A stretch of DNA of 64,000 nt from Lingula anatina (GCA_051362555.1 CM120648.1:18162587-18226586), one strand, 5' to 3'; shown: positions 11,771 to 26,433, numbered from the stretch's first letter. Translations and numbers: made by a program. Notes: a model not told the origin generated them from the sequence alone.

Positions 11771-12920
11771 CATATTGCTCAGATGTTACATATTGTAATA
11801 CTAGGCTCCTTAACTCGAAAGCATCGCAAATCGCTACTGAGTACAAGCATGGTGATTCGTTGCAATTCCATAACTCATAAGCATCATAATTTGCAACCGA
11901 GTGCTAATAGTAATAGTGGTATCACCTTTAGTCTGAGGCCATTATTTGTGGCGAGTAAATCCCATCGCAAAGGCCTTTGCAAATACATTATAAGTCATTT
12001 TATGTGTGTCTCTCATGTAATTAAACATACAGTGTCTTTCATGTAATTAATTGAGTTTCTAGAGATAATAGCATATGTATAACAATGCATGAAAGCTAAT
12101 GAAAGATGGAGTCACTTGGCACCTCTGATAGAAAAAAACTTTAAATTAAATTTTCATGTTCTAAAGTCATGTTTTGTCATGCATAAAAAATCAACTTTCA
12201 ACATTTCATATATCATGTTATATTTTCTGATGAATGTTCATCTGTGTAGTCTTCGATAATAATTATCTGTCAAACAATCAAGTATCACAACAGGAAGGTC
12301 ACTTTGTTAACACTGAAGTAAAATACTGACAATACTTTATGAAAACGACATCCATCTTTCAAAATCTGACGTGTGGGTTATCTTCTGTATGATCTCCCCA
12401 CTAAAGCATAGACATATATGCAAAAGTCTTCACATTTATCGTGTAACATCTTTGATCTTGTAATATGTTCATTTCAATTAAAAATAAGTAAAAAGAACGG
12501 CTGTTTGATGATATTCTTTTAATGAACTGGTAAATTTTTTCTGGGACTTATACGATTTTATAGTTAATTTTCATTTCTCCCATTTTTGTTTGTAAAGCAC
12601 AAAAATGCACAGACTTTGTGTACATTTAAGATCAAGTATCCGTTAAAGGCGAGTAATTGAGAATTATTGTCGACATTGCTATTTTAAAGTCAAAATTTGT
12701 TTTTTTTTTTTCATATGGATCATTTGTTATGAATATTGGCATACAGAGATACAGAGACAAATAATTTTAAGTTTCAAAAATAATTCCAAAGTAAAAAAAA
12801 ATACTTAGCAAAAGAAATTGGCACTGGCCCAACACAAAGTCTCAAGAGTCAATACTGAGTAGGGCCTCGAAATGCTTCAATGCAGGCCGCGATCTGTTGG
12901 TGCCTGCATACTTCGGATAA

Positions 12921-13272
12921 AGCCCTCGTCACACTTATTCGGAATCAGCAAGAATGAAGAAGAATGAGCCTGAACGAAGAATTTTTAAAATTCGCACCAC
13001 ATTCGGGGAAAAATTCAAATTGACCTTAATAATTGTTAAAGTACCGTTGGAATACGCTTGAATTCACCTGGAATGATGAGTGCACTTTCGACTGTATTAG
13101 CTCTCAAAAGCAGTTCGAATGTAGTTGGAAAATTAGGAATATTTATAATGCTGTAAGAAGGCACTAAGAATATTTTGAATATACTTTGAAAGGCGCACTA
13201 GTGCAGTTTGATTGCTGGCAACATTAATATTTCAGCTCATCCGAGGCACATTCAAAACATTCTGGCGGGATA
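12921..13272. mobile_element. Harbinger-type MITE (degenerate), adjacent to a related copy
   Basis: Starts AGCCCTCGTCACACT after TAA, ends ...TGGCGGGATA before TAA; GAAT/ATTC-rich like the neighbour. Confidence 0.55.
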
Positions 13273-13275
13273 TAA

Positions 13276-14214
13276 AATCCCCGTCACACTAGAGGCGGAA
13301 TGATTAAGAATGGCGTCTGAAATACAATTCTTTGTGCATTCCAGGATATTCAAAGAGCATTCTAAAACATTCTAAAAAATCTGAGTCCATTCCAAATATT
13401 TTTACCCATTCTTGTGGCCGGGCTGAATGTTTTTGTCATGTCAAAAACTTTGGAAGTGCATTCCAAGAGGAAATTTATTGAATGACATTTGAACAGTATT
13501 CTAACTGCACTATGACTGCATTCTAAATATTATCACGGCAATACGACATCATTGGAAACATTATGATCAGTTACCATTCCCGTGGCATTATTTATACACT
13601 ATTGGCATCGTGTTACATTCTAAACATGTTAGAAAGTAATTTTTAATTAAGTATTTTAGGTATTTCAGCTGCATTATGTTTGATTTTTTTAATATTTCAA
13701 ACCATCATGGACAGCCATACCGGGAGCAGTTGACTGCATTTGGGTTCGCTTCATATATTATTCGAGGCACCTTCTTACATACTTTAGCCTGTATTCGGCC
13801 AGCAGTCAAACCACACTCGTACGGCATTTGAACTTCATTCGGAATAGTCTGACTGCAATTTGAAATTTACTCCCGGTTATGGCACGAATTTTTCAATTAA
13901 TTTATTCTGGCTGGTTGTATCTTGATTCCTGCTGGTTCCGAATAAGTGCGACGGGGGCCAGTCGCGTGCCAGTTCGAATACCCCTCGAATGTGATCAGAA
14001 TGTTTTGAATGTTGTCGGAATGCCGTGAAAATATTAAGAATGCAGTCACAGTGCGCTTTGAAAGTTTTTAACATTCAGGCCGACCACAAGAATGGGTAAA
14101 ACTATTTGAAATGCACTCATAATTTTTAGAATGCTCTTTGAATATCCAGGAATGCACAAAGAAATGTCTTTCCGACGGCATTCTTGTGCATTCTGCCTTT
14201 AGTGTGACGGGGTA
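13276..14214. mobile_element. Harbinger-type MITE with ~150-bp imperfect terminal inverted repeats
   Basis: CCCCGTCACACTAGAGGCGGAATG... / ...CATTCTGCCTTTAGTGTGACGGGG; TAA flanks at 13273-13275 and 14215-14217. Confidence 0.8.
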
Positions 14215-14297
14215 TAAGGCGTCAGATGGCGTCCTTGGAATCGTATTCCACTTCTCTTGCTGTAGTGCCTGGATCAGCTGCTGATTATTAGGCCACA

Positions 14298-14322
14298 GTG
14301 TGTGTGTGTGTGTGTTTGTGTT

Positions 14323-14356
<34 letters not shown>

Positions 14357-14392
14357 TGTGTGTGTGTGTGCATGTGTGTGTATGTGTGTGTG
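14298..14392. repeat. Compound (TG)n(AG)n(TG)n microsatellite
   Basis: Direct reading. Confidence 0.97.
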
Positions 14393-14439
14393 CGTTTTAG
14401 TTGCCATGGAGATAATGTGATGTGCTATTTTCACTTTAC

Positions 14440-14900
14440 ATTGTAATACAGTACGTGGGAGATATACCTATCAATTGAGAGAGTAGAATCAAGGTAGACA
14501 CCAAGATTTTTGGCACTCCGTATATGAGAGATACTTGAACCACACTATTTCCAATCCTGATAATGAGATTCTGAGTTTACTTTATATTTTGTGGGGGAGA
14601 AATGGCCAGAAACTTGATTTCATCGTTAATTATAATTTGAGTCAAAATTTGTTCCTACCTGTAAGTGTCCATACCTCAAGGTCTGAGGCAAAAGTCATCA
14701 TTCGTTCTATGGCAGCTTCATGGTGCTAAATGTCACAGTGGATGTGTCACTGAGTGTCATCGGCACATGATGATAACCGCGGTAATACGGTAAAACCTTG
14801 AAGTGTGAGGCAAAAGATTTCTTTTGTTCTATGGCAGCTTCATGGTGCTAAATGTCACAGTGGGTGTGTCACTGAGTGTCATCGGCATAAGGTGATATCC
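14440..14900 (-). mobile_element. L2/CR1-group LINE reverse-transcriptase fragment, partly duplicated
   Basis: YADDTQ (near 14870-14890, second copy near 14750-14770) and SAKNLGVYLDSTLS (near 14475-14516) on the minus strand. Confidence 0.75.
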
Positions 14901-15339
14901 TAGGTAAAACACGACAGTGGTGGTCTGTGGGGGGAGGTGATCTGTTACATCTTACGAGCAACGTATATTATGGAATATACTGCCCTGTACAATTATCATA
15001 CATAAAAACAAGTTCGAGACACGTCTTTTGCTATTTAATTTCAAATTGTCAGACAAAATCGCATACTCTTATAAGGGCAATCTTGTTCCAGTTGGTTCAG
15101 CTACATACATAGGAAGTTAAGCTTCTCTACATTCATATCTTACTTACAGTACTTTACACTACTTGACCGTGGATATATATGCATTGTTCTGCTTTAATTA
15201 TCTTACATAAAAACAATCCCTTAAACAATGCACGCTATAATGAATGTATCATAGAAATACTCCCAGAGATATTAATATCTAAATAGACGCTGCTCTGAAA
15301 CCTAAGCTATGCGTTATATTACAATTGTAATCTAAAGTA

Positions 15340-15447
15340 TATTAACACACACATATATACATGTGACCAACATACATTTACACCAATAGTTAATTAACAC
15401 ACACATATATACATGTGACCAACATACATTTACATCAATAGTTAATT
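15340..15447. repeat. Tandem duplication of ~52 bp
   Basis: ATTAACACACACATATATACATGTGACCAACATACATTTACA(C/T)CAATAGTTA twice. Confidence 0.9.
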
Positions 15448-15859
15448 CCACTATTTACATTTTTCACTTTCATTTATTTATTTTGCAAGTTGTTAAACAC
15501 TCTTTTCTTGGGTCATAAAAGGGGACATATAATGCTACCAGCTAATTGCTTCTTTCTACATAAACCCTGTTAAAATAATATACACTACGTAGGCCTACTT
15601 ACCGTTGTCTTAGGTGATCAGAACTGCAAAATATATACAAAATGCAATATGATTGGCGTGTATTATCATTTTCCTTCTTTATTTAGCAACACTCGATCTT
15701 TTTGTACTTGGAGTGGTTCATATGGACGATGCAAACATGGCTCGGACTTTCTTTAACCTGAAACACACAAACACATACACATACATGTACTTATTGATAA
15801 GGTACGTACTATTTAAAAGTTTAATATAAAAATAAGTGATGTGCGTACATGTATGTCCA

Positions 15860-15896
<37 letters not shown>

Positions 15897-17149
15897 ACGA
15901 GAAAAAGACATATCTTGAAATCGCGAGCAGCGGACACTTTTGTATTGGCCTTTACAAGCTGATAACAAGTTTGTAGAACATGACGCACAGGCTGCCCTGA
16001 TCTTGCACTTCTTGCCAGTATATCCTACCGCGCATGCGCTATATTCTGGACCTCTTTTACATGCCCCCCCCCCCCCACCCCAATTCGGCAACTTGAATTC
16101 GAACACTGAAAAATTACCTTCAAATTGAAATTTAACATTGACAAGTTTTGTTTACTTTTAAAGCGGTTAAAAGTAATGCATAGTAATTTGAATGAAGCAA
16201 GTAGGAAATTCAAGAAACAATCACATGCATTCACGTCAAATTGGCATAGAGAAATGCAGTTTTCTGTTTCTTCCAAATTTTTAGTTAGAAGGAACTTAAT
16301 TTTCAAATAATAATAATAATTATAATAATATAGTCTGATTTTTATGATTTCAACAGGTCATTTGACCTTAATTGAACTACATTATTTTGTTGGATCATTT
16401 CATAAAATACTCCTCTGCAAGGATAATTCTTTATCAAACAAAAAGCAAGGTAAATTAAATTACAGATGAGGCAAATAAAATCAAATAATGCAATGTTTTA
16501 GTAGACGCAGTAATTATATTATAGTGCTCAGGGATTTCCAAGGACTTCTCAGGAATCCAAGCACCCCTTGTGGTCTCTGTATTACTTTTAATGAAGTTAT
16601 GTTATGAAGATATACATCTATGTGTATAAATTTATAAGGCTAGAGACATTGCCCTCAGTTCTTTTTATTATAATTTAATTAATTATTTTATTTCGCTGAA
16701 GTTCAGTGGTTAACAGTGTCTGTTTACATATAGGATAATGCTCTTCTGATACAAGTTTGGCCTTTGGGTTTTCTGTACACAATCATCACACCGTAAGTGT
16801 TTTAAGAAAAAGTCCTTACATGTAACAGCTCCTTGTACTTTATGTATCGTTTGTCTGAAGGGAACCTCCACCTTTCGGGTCTCATTGCCTTAATGGTATG
16901 ATTCAATCACCCGTCATTATGTCAACCATATATAAAATGGAGCGTGTGTATTGATTCCTGACTTTCATAAGGGGTCTTTCAACCAATTTCATATCAGATA
17001 CTGGTAGAGAAGAATGAGAAGACCTTTGGTGGAGGGTATAACCACTGCACATGCTTGGCACGTTTATACTCAACTCAAGAGTAAAGTGCAGGGCGCTGCA
17101 ACTCAAAAATGAATTAAAATATCCGACATTCACTGATGTTTGGGTAATA

Positions 17150-17364
17150 GAGCGCATTCCCATAGATTTTAGATCGATCTATCCCCGTGGGGAGTCTCAC
17201 TAGATTACTGTCAGATAATCCGGCTTAAATGTCCGTCCCGCCTACTACAAGCTGTAAGGGGGTAATTAACTACCGTGCGCGTTCGGCTGACTGCAATATA
17301 GCGTAAACCCCCAGGGAGTTAGGTCGATCTAGTTGGATCGATCTAAATCTCTGGGAATGCCCTC
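17150..17364. mobile_element. 215-bp Harbinger-type MITE (family also at 48707 and 52325)
   Basis: TIR GAGCGCATTCCCATAGATTTTAGATCGATC / GATCGATCTAAATCTCTGGGAATGCCCTC; ATA flanks; same length and internal sequence as the two copies inside the CACTA elements. Confidence 0.85.
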
Positions 17365-18557
17365 ATAGACGACGTGCAATTCTTCCTTTATGCAAGGTTA
17401 GGGAGACAACAGGGATTTATGGTTACAAACTGAAATAATATACCTGGAAACTTATCTGAAAACTTAGAGCAAAGATGTATTTAGCCTGCAAGTATGTAAT
17501 ATCTTCAAGATTATAAATCCATTACTCAATAAAAACGCCGTTAGAATGAAAAGTATAATGGTAATAAAATTAAAACGCCACACAGGTTACACAAAGTGAC
17601 AAGGAATCTTATTCGTGGCAATAACTGATATCTATGATTCAAGTCACAGAAGTACAACGAGTTATTTCAATGACAGTATCCTCTCTTAGTAGCTACTGTG
17701 CTGGTAGGTACACATGTATGCTAGTACCTGCTTTAAAAACGTATGACATGGTTACTTGGATATTGAAAAAGGCCGGAACACATGGGACATCAGTAGAATT
17801 GAGAAAAAAATGTGTGTAATCGTAAATCATAATTTTCAACAACATTTTCTATTACAACACTGCAGGTAACTCAAGTCACCTTGTTAAGATAATGGCACAC
17901 AAAGAGCCGGTTGCCCGCCATTTCTTAAAAAGGGAAATCCCCGCCCTAATGTTGTAGATTGATAGTTTTCTGGCCAATAGATGTGATTTTAACACTACAT
18001 CCTAGATACATTTCCTGGCACATGTACCGTAGGTATGTGATTTTTTACTGGTCACAAATCCTCGAGCATCATCAAACCCCTTTAACCGTTTAACCCTGTA
18101 GGCAAACATGCAGCAGTTTATCAGAGGAAGGATGCGACAGTTGCTAAGGATCATATTTACCTTATGTGGGGACCTTTGAGATAACGGACATAAATGCAGA
18201 AAGTCAAAAGTGTGAGTGTTATTTAAACTGTATTTACTCGACCACACAGAGCACTTGTACTCGCTGATTAATTTCAGTACCAAAGCAACAACTGCGGCTA
18301 TCAGAATAACCAGATGTAAGCCATATAGACAATCTGCGGGCTGTCATTCCTCGCTGAATCAGCGGCCTACTGGTCCTACAATAAATCTGAACCAGCTACA
18401 ACAAATACTTCGATGTTGTCACTTGGATATCGGCTGTGCTGGTTTTGGCAGTTATTAGTTGCTCCCCTATGGTAAGTAAAACTCGCCTCTGATATTTTGC
18501 AGGTAGCTTTGATAGAGCTTTATATCCAGTTTCACCTATATTATTGAGGACATTAAT

Positions 18558-18711
18558 CAGTGGCGGATTTAGGGGGTGTTAGGGGGATACTGACCCCCTT
18601 CTCTTTCGATTTCTGAAAAAAATCACAACAATGGTCCCCTCTTAAATTTAACCAAGGGGGGGGGGGGGGTCGCCTTTGCACCCCCTTCAAATAATCCTGG
18701 ATCCATCCCTG
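18558..18711 (-). mobile_element. Short GC-ended MITE (CAGGGGCGGATCCAGG family)
   Basis: CAGTGGCGGATTT ... GGATCCATCCCTG; reverse-oriented relative of 26494-26776. Confidence 0.65.
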
Positions 18712-20045
18712 ATTATGATGGAAATGATTGAAAACTCATTGATAGCTTCGTTGAATCGAATTATGGAACAGATTCAGGAGCACAAAGGCACTGTAACGTG
18801 GGAGTATATGAAGTGATTTGTAGTCATATAGTAGTTGGAATTGTTTTAAAAGAGTATTAATTTCAGTCTTTTTTTTTCAAGGCTATGCTTCACAAGAGTG
18901 TCCTTAACAGAAGGAAAATCAGTTTTTCACTGCTTTCTTGGACTTTACTCTGAAAAAAAGATCGCAAGATTGTCTAGATTTCCGTAGGGATAATTCTTGA
19001 AGCCGAGTCATAAAAAGAAAACATAATATAATTTACTGCCGTATTTCAAGTTCAGTGTTATTGTTCAGTATGTCAGGTCAGCGTAGCAAGGACTGCATGT
19101 ACATCGTGTGTACAAAGAAATAATTTTGGGTGACTATATTTAGAGAGAGCACATCGTAACCAACCGCTTATCGCAGGCAATACAAATACTGATATCGATT
19201 ACCGTCATCACAACGTCAAAGCTGTTTCTGCTGGCAGAAATAGAAATTAAAACTAAGATGTATCTTTGAGAGTTCTGTTGACAACTGAGATATCTCTGTC
19301 TGATACACAGTTGCCTAACATATTCTCTTTTGTTGTTCTAAACTAAGGTTTTGACTGTAATGGTATAGGTCCTATACATACATGTATATTCTTCCATAAT
19401 ACACCACCTTACCATTCCACTATAGTTCTGCCTAAGTAACTATAGATGGGAGTCATCTTCAGAGAATCCCATTTATGTAACCATCTATGTTACTCAGTGA
19501 TTACTGCATGGAGAAACTGTATGCATGTGTCACACTGTCCCGAAATTGACACGGAATGGACACACGATAAATAAAAACTTCAAATAGGGTTCTGATCGTG
19601 AAAAAATCAAAGAAAAGAAAAGGCACCACAAGCCGTTGACAAAAACATGTAATTCATTCAATGATAATTATAACATTCTGTTATGTGCATGTATAAAATA
19701 CAATACAAAATGTTAAACAATAAAAAGATAAAAAAGGAGAATTTGGTCAGATGACCGAATGTAATACAATGGAACATATTTCAAAATATGAAAGCTATGG
19801 GGAAAAATATATCACAGTATTTACCTTCAAAATAATAAATAAATAAAATAAATAAATAAATAACCAAATACAAATACGGAAACGACACGTTCAGCTGACG
19901 CTGATGTTTCGTGCATATTGTGCATGATAGCAAGTTTTCGTCCAAAAACGGCTCAAATTTTTAAAGAAAAGAAACCTGCTTGTCAGTAGACCAGATAAAG
20001 ATATGATTCATGATGTTAATGTCACATCACCAGAACACGATAACA

Positions 20046-20260
20046 GCTGATTATATTGACGTACTGCCAGAAAAATTCCCTCTGTTGTGCTCGACAGATG
20101 TATATCGTACCACTTATTACACATGCAGTACTGCGTCCTTGTCACTGGTTACACTAGAGTGCTGATTATATTGACGTACTGTCAGAAAAATCCTCTCTGT
20201 TGAGCTCGGCAGCTGTATATAGTATCAGTTATCGTGCACCCTCTACTGCGTCCTTGCCAA
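20046..20260. repeat. Imperfect tandem duplication, ~115 bp x2
   Basis: GCTGATTATATTGACGTACTG(C/T)CAGAAAAAT...TACTGCGTCCTTG at ~20046 and ~20161. Confidence 0.85.
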
Positions 20261-21159
20261 ACATATTTGATTACATTGCATTTCTTGTGAATATAATATG
20301 TAACATTCACAGCGACTGATATCTATTATCCACCCCTTCTGTAAAATGTTGCATCCTGTACGTGTTTTTAGCAAGGAAAAAACGCTTACATTCCGCCCAA
20401 TAAGTCGTGAAAGACATTGGAAACTTCAACAATTCTGTTTGTCAAAGTTCTCCTTTACCTGAACACCCACGAACACCGTTTTAACACCAATATAATGACA
20501 CCATTTAGTACTCCAAAACCCTGTCAGCAATATTTCTTAATTTTTCATTTCGGATATTATTGTTGCTAAAGCAAAATAGTGCCTTTGTTTACAGAAGATC
20601 TGTAAATAAAGGATCGTAACTCCATAACAAAAGGATTAATCAAAATGTCGGCAAGCAATTGTAGCCCACTGACTCGTGGTCAACTATGCCAACTTTCGTG
20701 ATACAATCTTATTTATGGATAAAATAACGCCCCAAACCGATTTCTATCCCACAGAATAAAAAAAAAAAAAAAAAGGTGTTTAATTGAAGATAAAAGATTT
20801 GAGCTGCCTAGGCTTATACATTGCAACGAATTTTATTGCTTGAAATCAGCAAAATAAACCCAGGAAAACTCATTTTCGGTACCTAGATGATAACAAATGC
20901 TTAAAATACCCCTAAGCTTCGTCAGCTTATTTATCCCTAACAACCAGCACACAGCTTATCAGGCCGAGTACTTATTCAGTGAGCTGTGATCCCCGCCTGG
21001 CGCAACGTCCGCTCTATTAAAAAAATTCTAACAAATGTTGTGAATTAGGTTTGACTTCCTTTGTCTTTTAAATAGTTTCGATATTTTCCTTTTACACAAA
21101 AAAAACAAAAAAAAAAAAAAAAAAACAAAAAACAAACAAAAAAAAAAAAAACAAGGAAA

Positions 21160-21797
21160 GGTATTGCTACAGGGGGAACACAAGGTCAACGTTCACCATT
21201 TGTATGAATAGTAACATTTAAGATAATGAGAGAATTAACTCTTAAATTGTACAGTACATCACTCTAAAACGGCGGATAACGCTGTTACAAATGTGTTTCA
21301 AAGTCGTGCCTGTCTACATAAGGTTATGGCTCTGAGCCAAGCACATTAAGTAACAAATATAACAACAGATACATCATATCCATCTATTGCAAATGCTGCG
21401 GGTGCATTGTTACAGAAAGGAAACTTGTACTGTAAAACGGAGAAATTGTCTAAGGTAATTTGTCATTGTTTTACTCAAGATCAACCAGATCGTTGCAAAG
21501 GCAGCCTTCCAAATATAACTTCTCTTTTAAATAAACTGATCCTGACGCCTGTAAGTAAAGATAAGCAGGGTATGATATCATTCTCTGTTGACCTGTAGAA
21601 GGCGATTTCAAGAAAGTTAACCTCTATAACCAAGATAAACTGATCAGGGAATGGGAATTTATTGACATCAGAGCTGGGTGCAGTGAAATTACTTTTTGAA
21701 GAGATTAAATCTATCTACTCTTGTGGACGCAGGCTGTGCTGTGACAGCCAACGTATGTTTAAGAGAGAGATAAGACACTGTCACCCGAGCAATATAT
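21160..21797 (+). repeat. Dispersed duplicated segment, copy 1 (copy 2 at 27575-28625)
   Basis: Collinear blocks such as GTTACAGAAAGGAAACTTG, TATAACCAAGATAAACTGATCAGGG, GAAGAGATTAAATCT..CTACTCTTGTGGACGCAGGCTG, GAGAGAGATAAGACACTGTCACCCGAGCA. Confidence 0.85.
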
Positions 21798-24700
21798 ATT
21801 GCATTCAGTTTAACTGGCGTAAATGTCTGCCCCACACTTAACATGAAGTACTTGGATAAAGTCGGGAAAATTTTAGGTCCACGATGTTGCGAGGTTATGG
21901 GATCGCAGTCTTAAACGCCTTCCTTCTAATTTTTATTGACCTTTACGTTAAACTTCTCTATACTTTATTGACTTAATTTTTTTACCCCAAAAGACGGTAA
22001 CTTTTAAACAAACTTCACAACAAGTTGCGGAAATTTTCTAGGATTCAGTTCCTTAAAGAGAGCGTTCACACAAACAATTGCCTTCCATTCTTAAAGGATT
22101 TAAAGAAGTGAAATAGTGAGACTAGAACAGACGAAACAAAAGTCTGTCACAGATCAGTATGATCATATATATGTGGAGGATCATGTCAGCTTGATATTTT
22201 TACATTTACGAGCTTGTCACAATATTTTTAAAAAGGTAAAACATTCAGCAACGAACGTGGTTAGGTACTATATAGTTGTTAGTTGCGCTCTACTTTCTGG
22301 TTTAAGCAAGGTCCTTAAAGAACTCTTAAAAATCGTTACAATTGCATCACTTGCAATTAAACAGTAAACAATATTTGAATATGGGTAAATCAATAATTGC
22401 ACATGACAACAATTTACAGCCTGGCATGATTTTCCCCGTTACGTTATTTGTTGCTCTGTCGGTCGATACAGAAATTATTAGAAAACAAGTTGACTAAAAA
22501 TTAGAACAATTTTGCAACTTCAAACTTCGTGACACGTTTTAATATAATACACCCCATATTTCTACAAGTGTTCCCTCCTCAAAATGCCGAAAGACAAAAA
22601 TATTATTTTACCATGCCGTCAGAAAATCGGCTTCAACTTGGCACTCACGGCTCCAGTCCGGTGTACTTCCAGCTAAAAAAAAAAAAAAAAAAAAAAAAGA
22701 GCAGGCAGCTTTACGTCTTACACCACTCGACGTCATATCATGTGCAATTCCGGCACAATCCTTTGTCCTCCGTTTCCTTTATTACAATACAACATATAAT
22801 TTTTTTCAACGTTTACAGTCACTCGATATTTTCAGATTATCCAATAACAGCGCCTTTTGCTATCAGGGGTCACTAGAACAATGTAATAAATTAGGGAGTA
22901 TTCAGCTTCAAGTTATCATACCAACAGGATGGATTCATCTCTGTGGGGATTCTCGCTAAATTCCAGTCAATGTAATCAGTTAAATAGTCTTACACCTCGA
23001 GAATTTAAAAGGAAAAGCAAAGTGATCACGCCAGCATGATGTAATGTGTATTTGTCTTTAACGTGTGAATGAAGCCGGACAAGGTGAATGCAGCTGAATA
23101 GCACCTGCATTACATCACCTATCTCATATGTGTGTAAATAAAGGCCGAGTGCCAGGTTGCCACTTAAAGTTTTGGATTTGAACACAGCAGTCGTGTTTGT
23201 CTCTACATGTCATGGTGGAGGGTAACCTTTGTGGATGTGATTTTCTTCAAGTCTTCATTTCGTTTACCTAATTGATATAGAATCAGTGTTTATTATTGCA
23301 CTTTGTCGCAGTGCATCGCTTACGTTTTTCATTGGAGTTAGTGACAATTGTAGATTGCTAGTGTGCCTTTTTGTGTTTTAGTGACCGTCTTTAATGAAAG
23401 AGGAAAGACCCAACAGGAAAAAAACCAATGAAAGTAAAGCTTTCCATTCAGCTTGATGTAATCTGTTTGCAAGATATCCTCTTTCGGTTTGGTAGCTTTA
23501 TTTCTCCTTGTGTTGGTCTGAAGAAGCGTGGACCAGTTGTGTAACAAATGGACAATGCTATTTTAATTACAAGAAAACAATATCTGAACATTATAGGCCC
23601 AAACATATAGACCATACTGTAGGTTTTGTATGTTTTGGTGGTCACTATATAGAATGGGTTGATAAGTATAAATAGCTAGGAGTTAATGTAGAATATTTTT
23701 TTGATTTTCAATATACTGCAAAGTTTCTGTCTGAATCTGCTCCTATAACACTGGGTTTATTATGGAAAATGAAAAACAAAGTTGTTCAAATGGGATTCTA
23801 CACATGCCACAAATTGTTTAACAGCCGTGTGACTCCAATTAATTTTAGAGCATGGGTCGAGATGTTTGGGGATTTTCGGAAAATGAAAACTGTGTAAATG
23901 TTATATATGATGACTCAGGTCTGAAAATAATAGTAATAATAATAATTATTATAATAATCATTTATAGTCTAAAATCCATACAATATGTTCAGTAGACTTT
24001 ACATGGGTAAAATGAACAGAATCTGATGATTAAAATAAGTGAAAAGGTAGTTAAAATTATAAGATATGAACTAAAGATGTGAACTAAAATGTAATTGAAT
24101 TGATGTTTGGTTTTTTTTTTTTTTTTTGAAAATGAAAACTGTGGAAAGTTCAATATAGGTCGGATACCATTAAAAGTTGGCACATGGCTGAGCATACTCA
24201 GATTTGGAACAGTACTCACCCAAAATGAATTAAATTCTTGTGAAAAAATATTGAAGATTATAAATTGGGGGAATGGTGCCTTGAAGTTAGATTCTCAGAT
24301 TGTGTGATAGGAAATTCATTTTTTTTACAAATCAGTTGCTGATATAGAAAACATTCAACAATTCGTCTCTGAAAAATTCCCAATTAAATGAAAAAAAAAG
24401 ACATTTTGAAATTCCCTAAACCTCCAAACATATTTCACATTTAGAAAAAGAACTAAAACTGAAAAAAGTGTATACATAGATTTAAACAGGAAAGAAAAAA
24501 ATATAATTATCTGTATATATTCTGATCGGTATGTTTGTCCGTTTTGTCGCTGTTGCTGTCCAAAACATGACGCTCGCCCCATAACTGAAAAACAGTATTT
24601 TTGTTTTATTTTAAATTTACTGATTGTCTCTGTTTGATAAAGCAGCGGATTGCTTTTGAAAATCAGCATTATCGGTTTATATTTACAATAATTATATTTT

Positions 24701-24842
24701 CGCACCATTTTGGTCACATTTGCCTCATTTTCAGTAATTTTTGCGTGTATTTTGTTCATGTTTCTTCTTTTTGATGTCTGTATATTTGCCAGCTTTTTTG
24801 TCTAGTTTATAACTTAATTTTGAATTGTTACTTTACCTTTTC

Positions 24843-25170
24843 CTAGAAACTGGAAGTTACACAAAAACGACTTTTAATGAAATAATATGCCAACTATGCA
24901 AAAAGGAATTACAAGATGACAGTGCTTTCTTACTTCGGTGCCCTGCTTATATTGAGGAAAGAGATAAATTTCATGAAAATTGGGCATCTAAGCAAATGGT
25001 ATTGAATGAAATATTTAAGGTTTAAGTGTGTGTGTGTGTGGGGGGGGGGGGTGAGGCAATTAGCAACATTTTGTCACGATTTTGATATAAGACAGAAAAA
25101 ATGTATACAGCAGATGTCTTATAAGCCCGAAGGACTGGGTGTTCAATGCACATTACAAGTAAATAAATGA
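24843..25170 (+). mobile_element. Non-LTR retrotransposon 3' end (ORF2 C-terminal Cys-rich motif and tail)
   Basis: LETGSY...ICQLCKKELQDDSAFLLRCPAY...R matches the IETGRY..C..C..EDE.HFLL.CP.Y motif of LINE ORF2 C-termini; AATAAA near 25162. Confidence 0.7.
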
Positions 25171-25602
25171 TTATGTTGATATGATAAACGCTAGGGTTCA
25201 GTCATAGCTAATAATTAATAATAGCACGATGACCGATAACAGCACTGCTGCATTACTTATTAACTCGCGTCTTCTTCCAGTCATGTTGTACTTTGGACTT
25301 ATCGCCTGACAAACACGTGATGGGGCTAGAAACAGTGACATGTAGATTTAGCACAATAATTATTCTTCACTTTGATATCATTATTGTACCTTGTATTACT
25401 TTATTCTCTCCAGTTAATTATGGAACAAAGCAAAAAAAAAAAAATTACAACATTTCTAACTCCTTCGTTTTCATGTGTTCAAAATGGCTGTGTGAATTAC
25501 AGCAGATAACTTATTAAGACAAGAGAGAGGGAGAGATATGGAGAGAGGTGAGACGCAGGGATTTGGGTTGCAACATATACCTTACTGGGTAGGCTTTTAT
25601 CT

Positions 25603-26433
25603 TCTGACAGTGCTGGCTTTCTATAATGACTTCTCTATACAGCTGATAACAATTACCTCTGACATTGCTGGCTTTCTATAATGACTTCTCTATACAGCTG
25701 ATAACAATTACCTCTGACATTGCTGGCTTTCTATAATGACTTCTCTATACAGCTGATAACAATTACCTCTGACAGTGCTGGCTTTCTATAATGACTTCTC
25801 TATACAGCTGATAACAATTACCTCTGACATCGCTGGCTTTCTATAATGACTTCTCTATACAGCTGATAACAATTACCTCTGACATTGCTGGCCTTCTATA
25901 ATGACTTCTCTATACAGCTGATAACAATTACCTCTGACAGTGCTGGCTTTCTATAATGACTTCTCTATACAGCTGATAACAATTACCTCTGACAGTGCTG
26001 GCTTTCTATAATGACTTCTCTATACAGCTGATAACAATTACCTCTGACATTGCTGGCTTTCTATAATGACTTCTCTATACAGCTGATAACAATTACCTCT
26101 GACATTGCTGGCTTTCTATAATGACTTCTCTATACAGCTGATAACAATTACCTCTGACATTGCTGGCTTTCTATAATGACTTCTCTATACAGCTGATAAC
26201 AATTACCTCTGACATTGCTGGCTTTCTATAATGACTTCTCTATACAGCTGATAACAATTACCTCTGACATTGCTGGCTTTCTATAATGACTTCTCTATAC
26301 AGCTGATAACAATTACCTCTGACATTGCTGGCTTTCTATAATGACTTCTCTATACAGCTGATAACAATTACCTCTGACATTGCTGGCTTTCTATAATGAC
26401 TTCTCTATACAGCTGATAGCAATTACCTCTGAC
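25603..26433. repeat. Highly homogeneous minisatellite, 55-bp unit, ~15 copies
   Basis: TCTGACA(G/T)TGCTGGCTTTCTATAATGACTTCTCTATACAGCTGATAACAATTACC; head-to-tail with no spacers. Confidence 0.98.

Larger units (their letters stand above)
12850..14297 (-). pseudogene. C-terminal remnant of a second Tc1 transposase, interrupted by two MITEs
   Basis: QQLIQALQQEKWNTIP (14297-14218) joins across the TAA site to RLIRSM...IAACIEAFRGPTQY* (12920-12850), the Tc1 W..IP...RLIxSMPRR..A.I.A.GG.T.Y motif. Confidence 0.75.
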
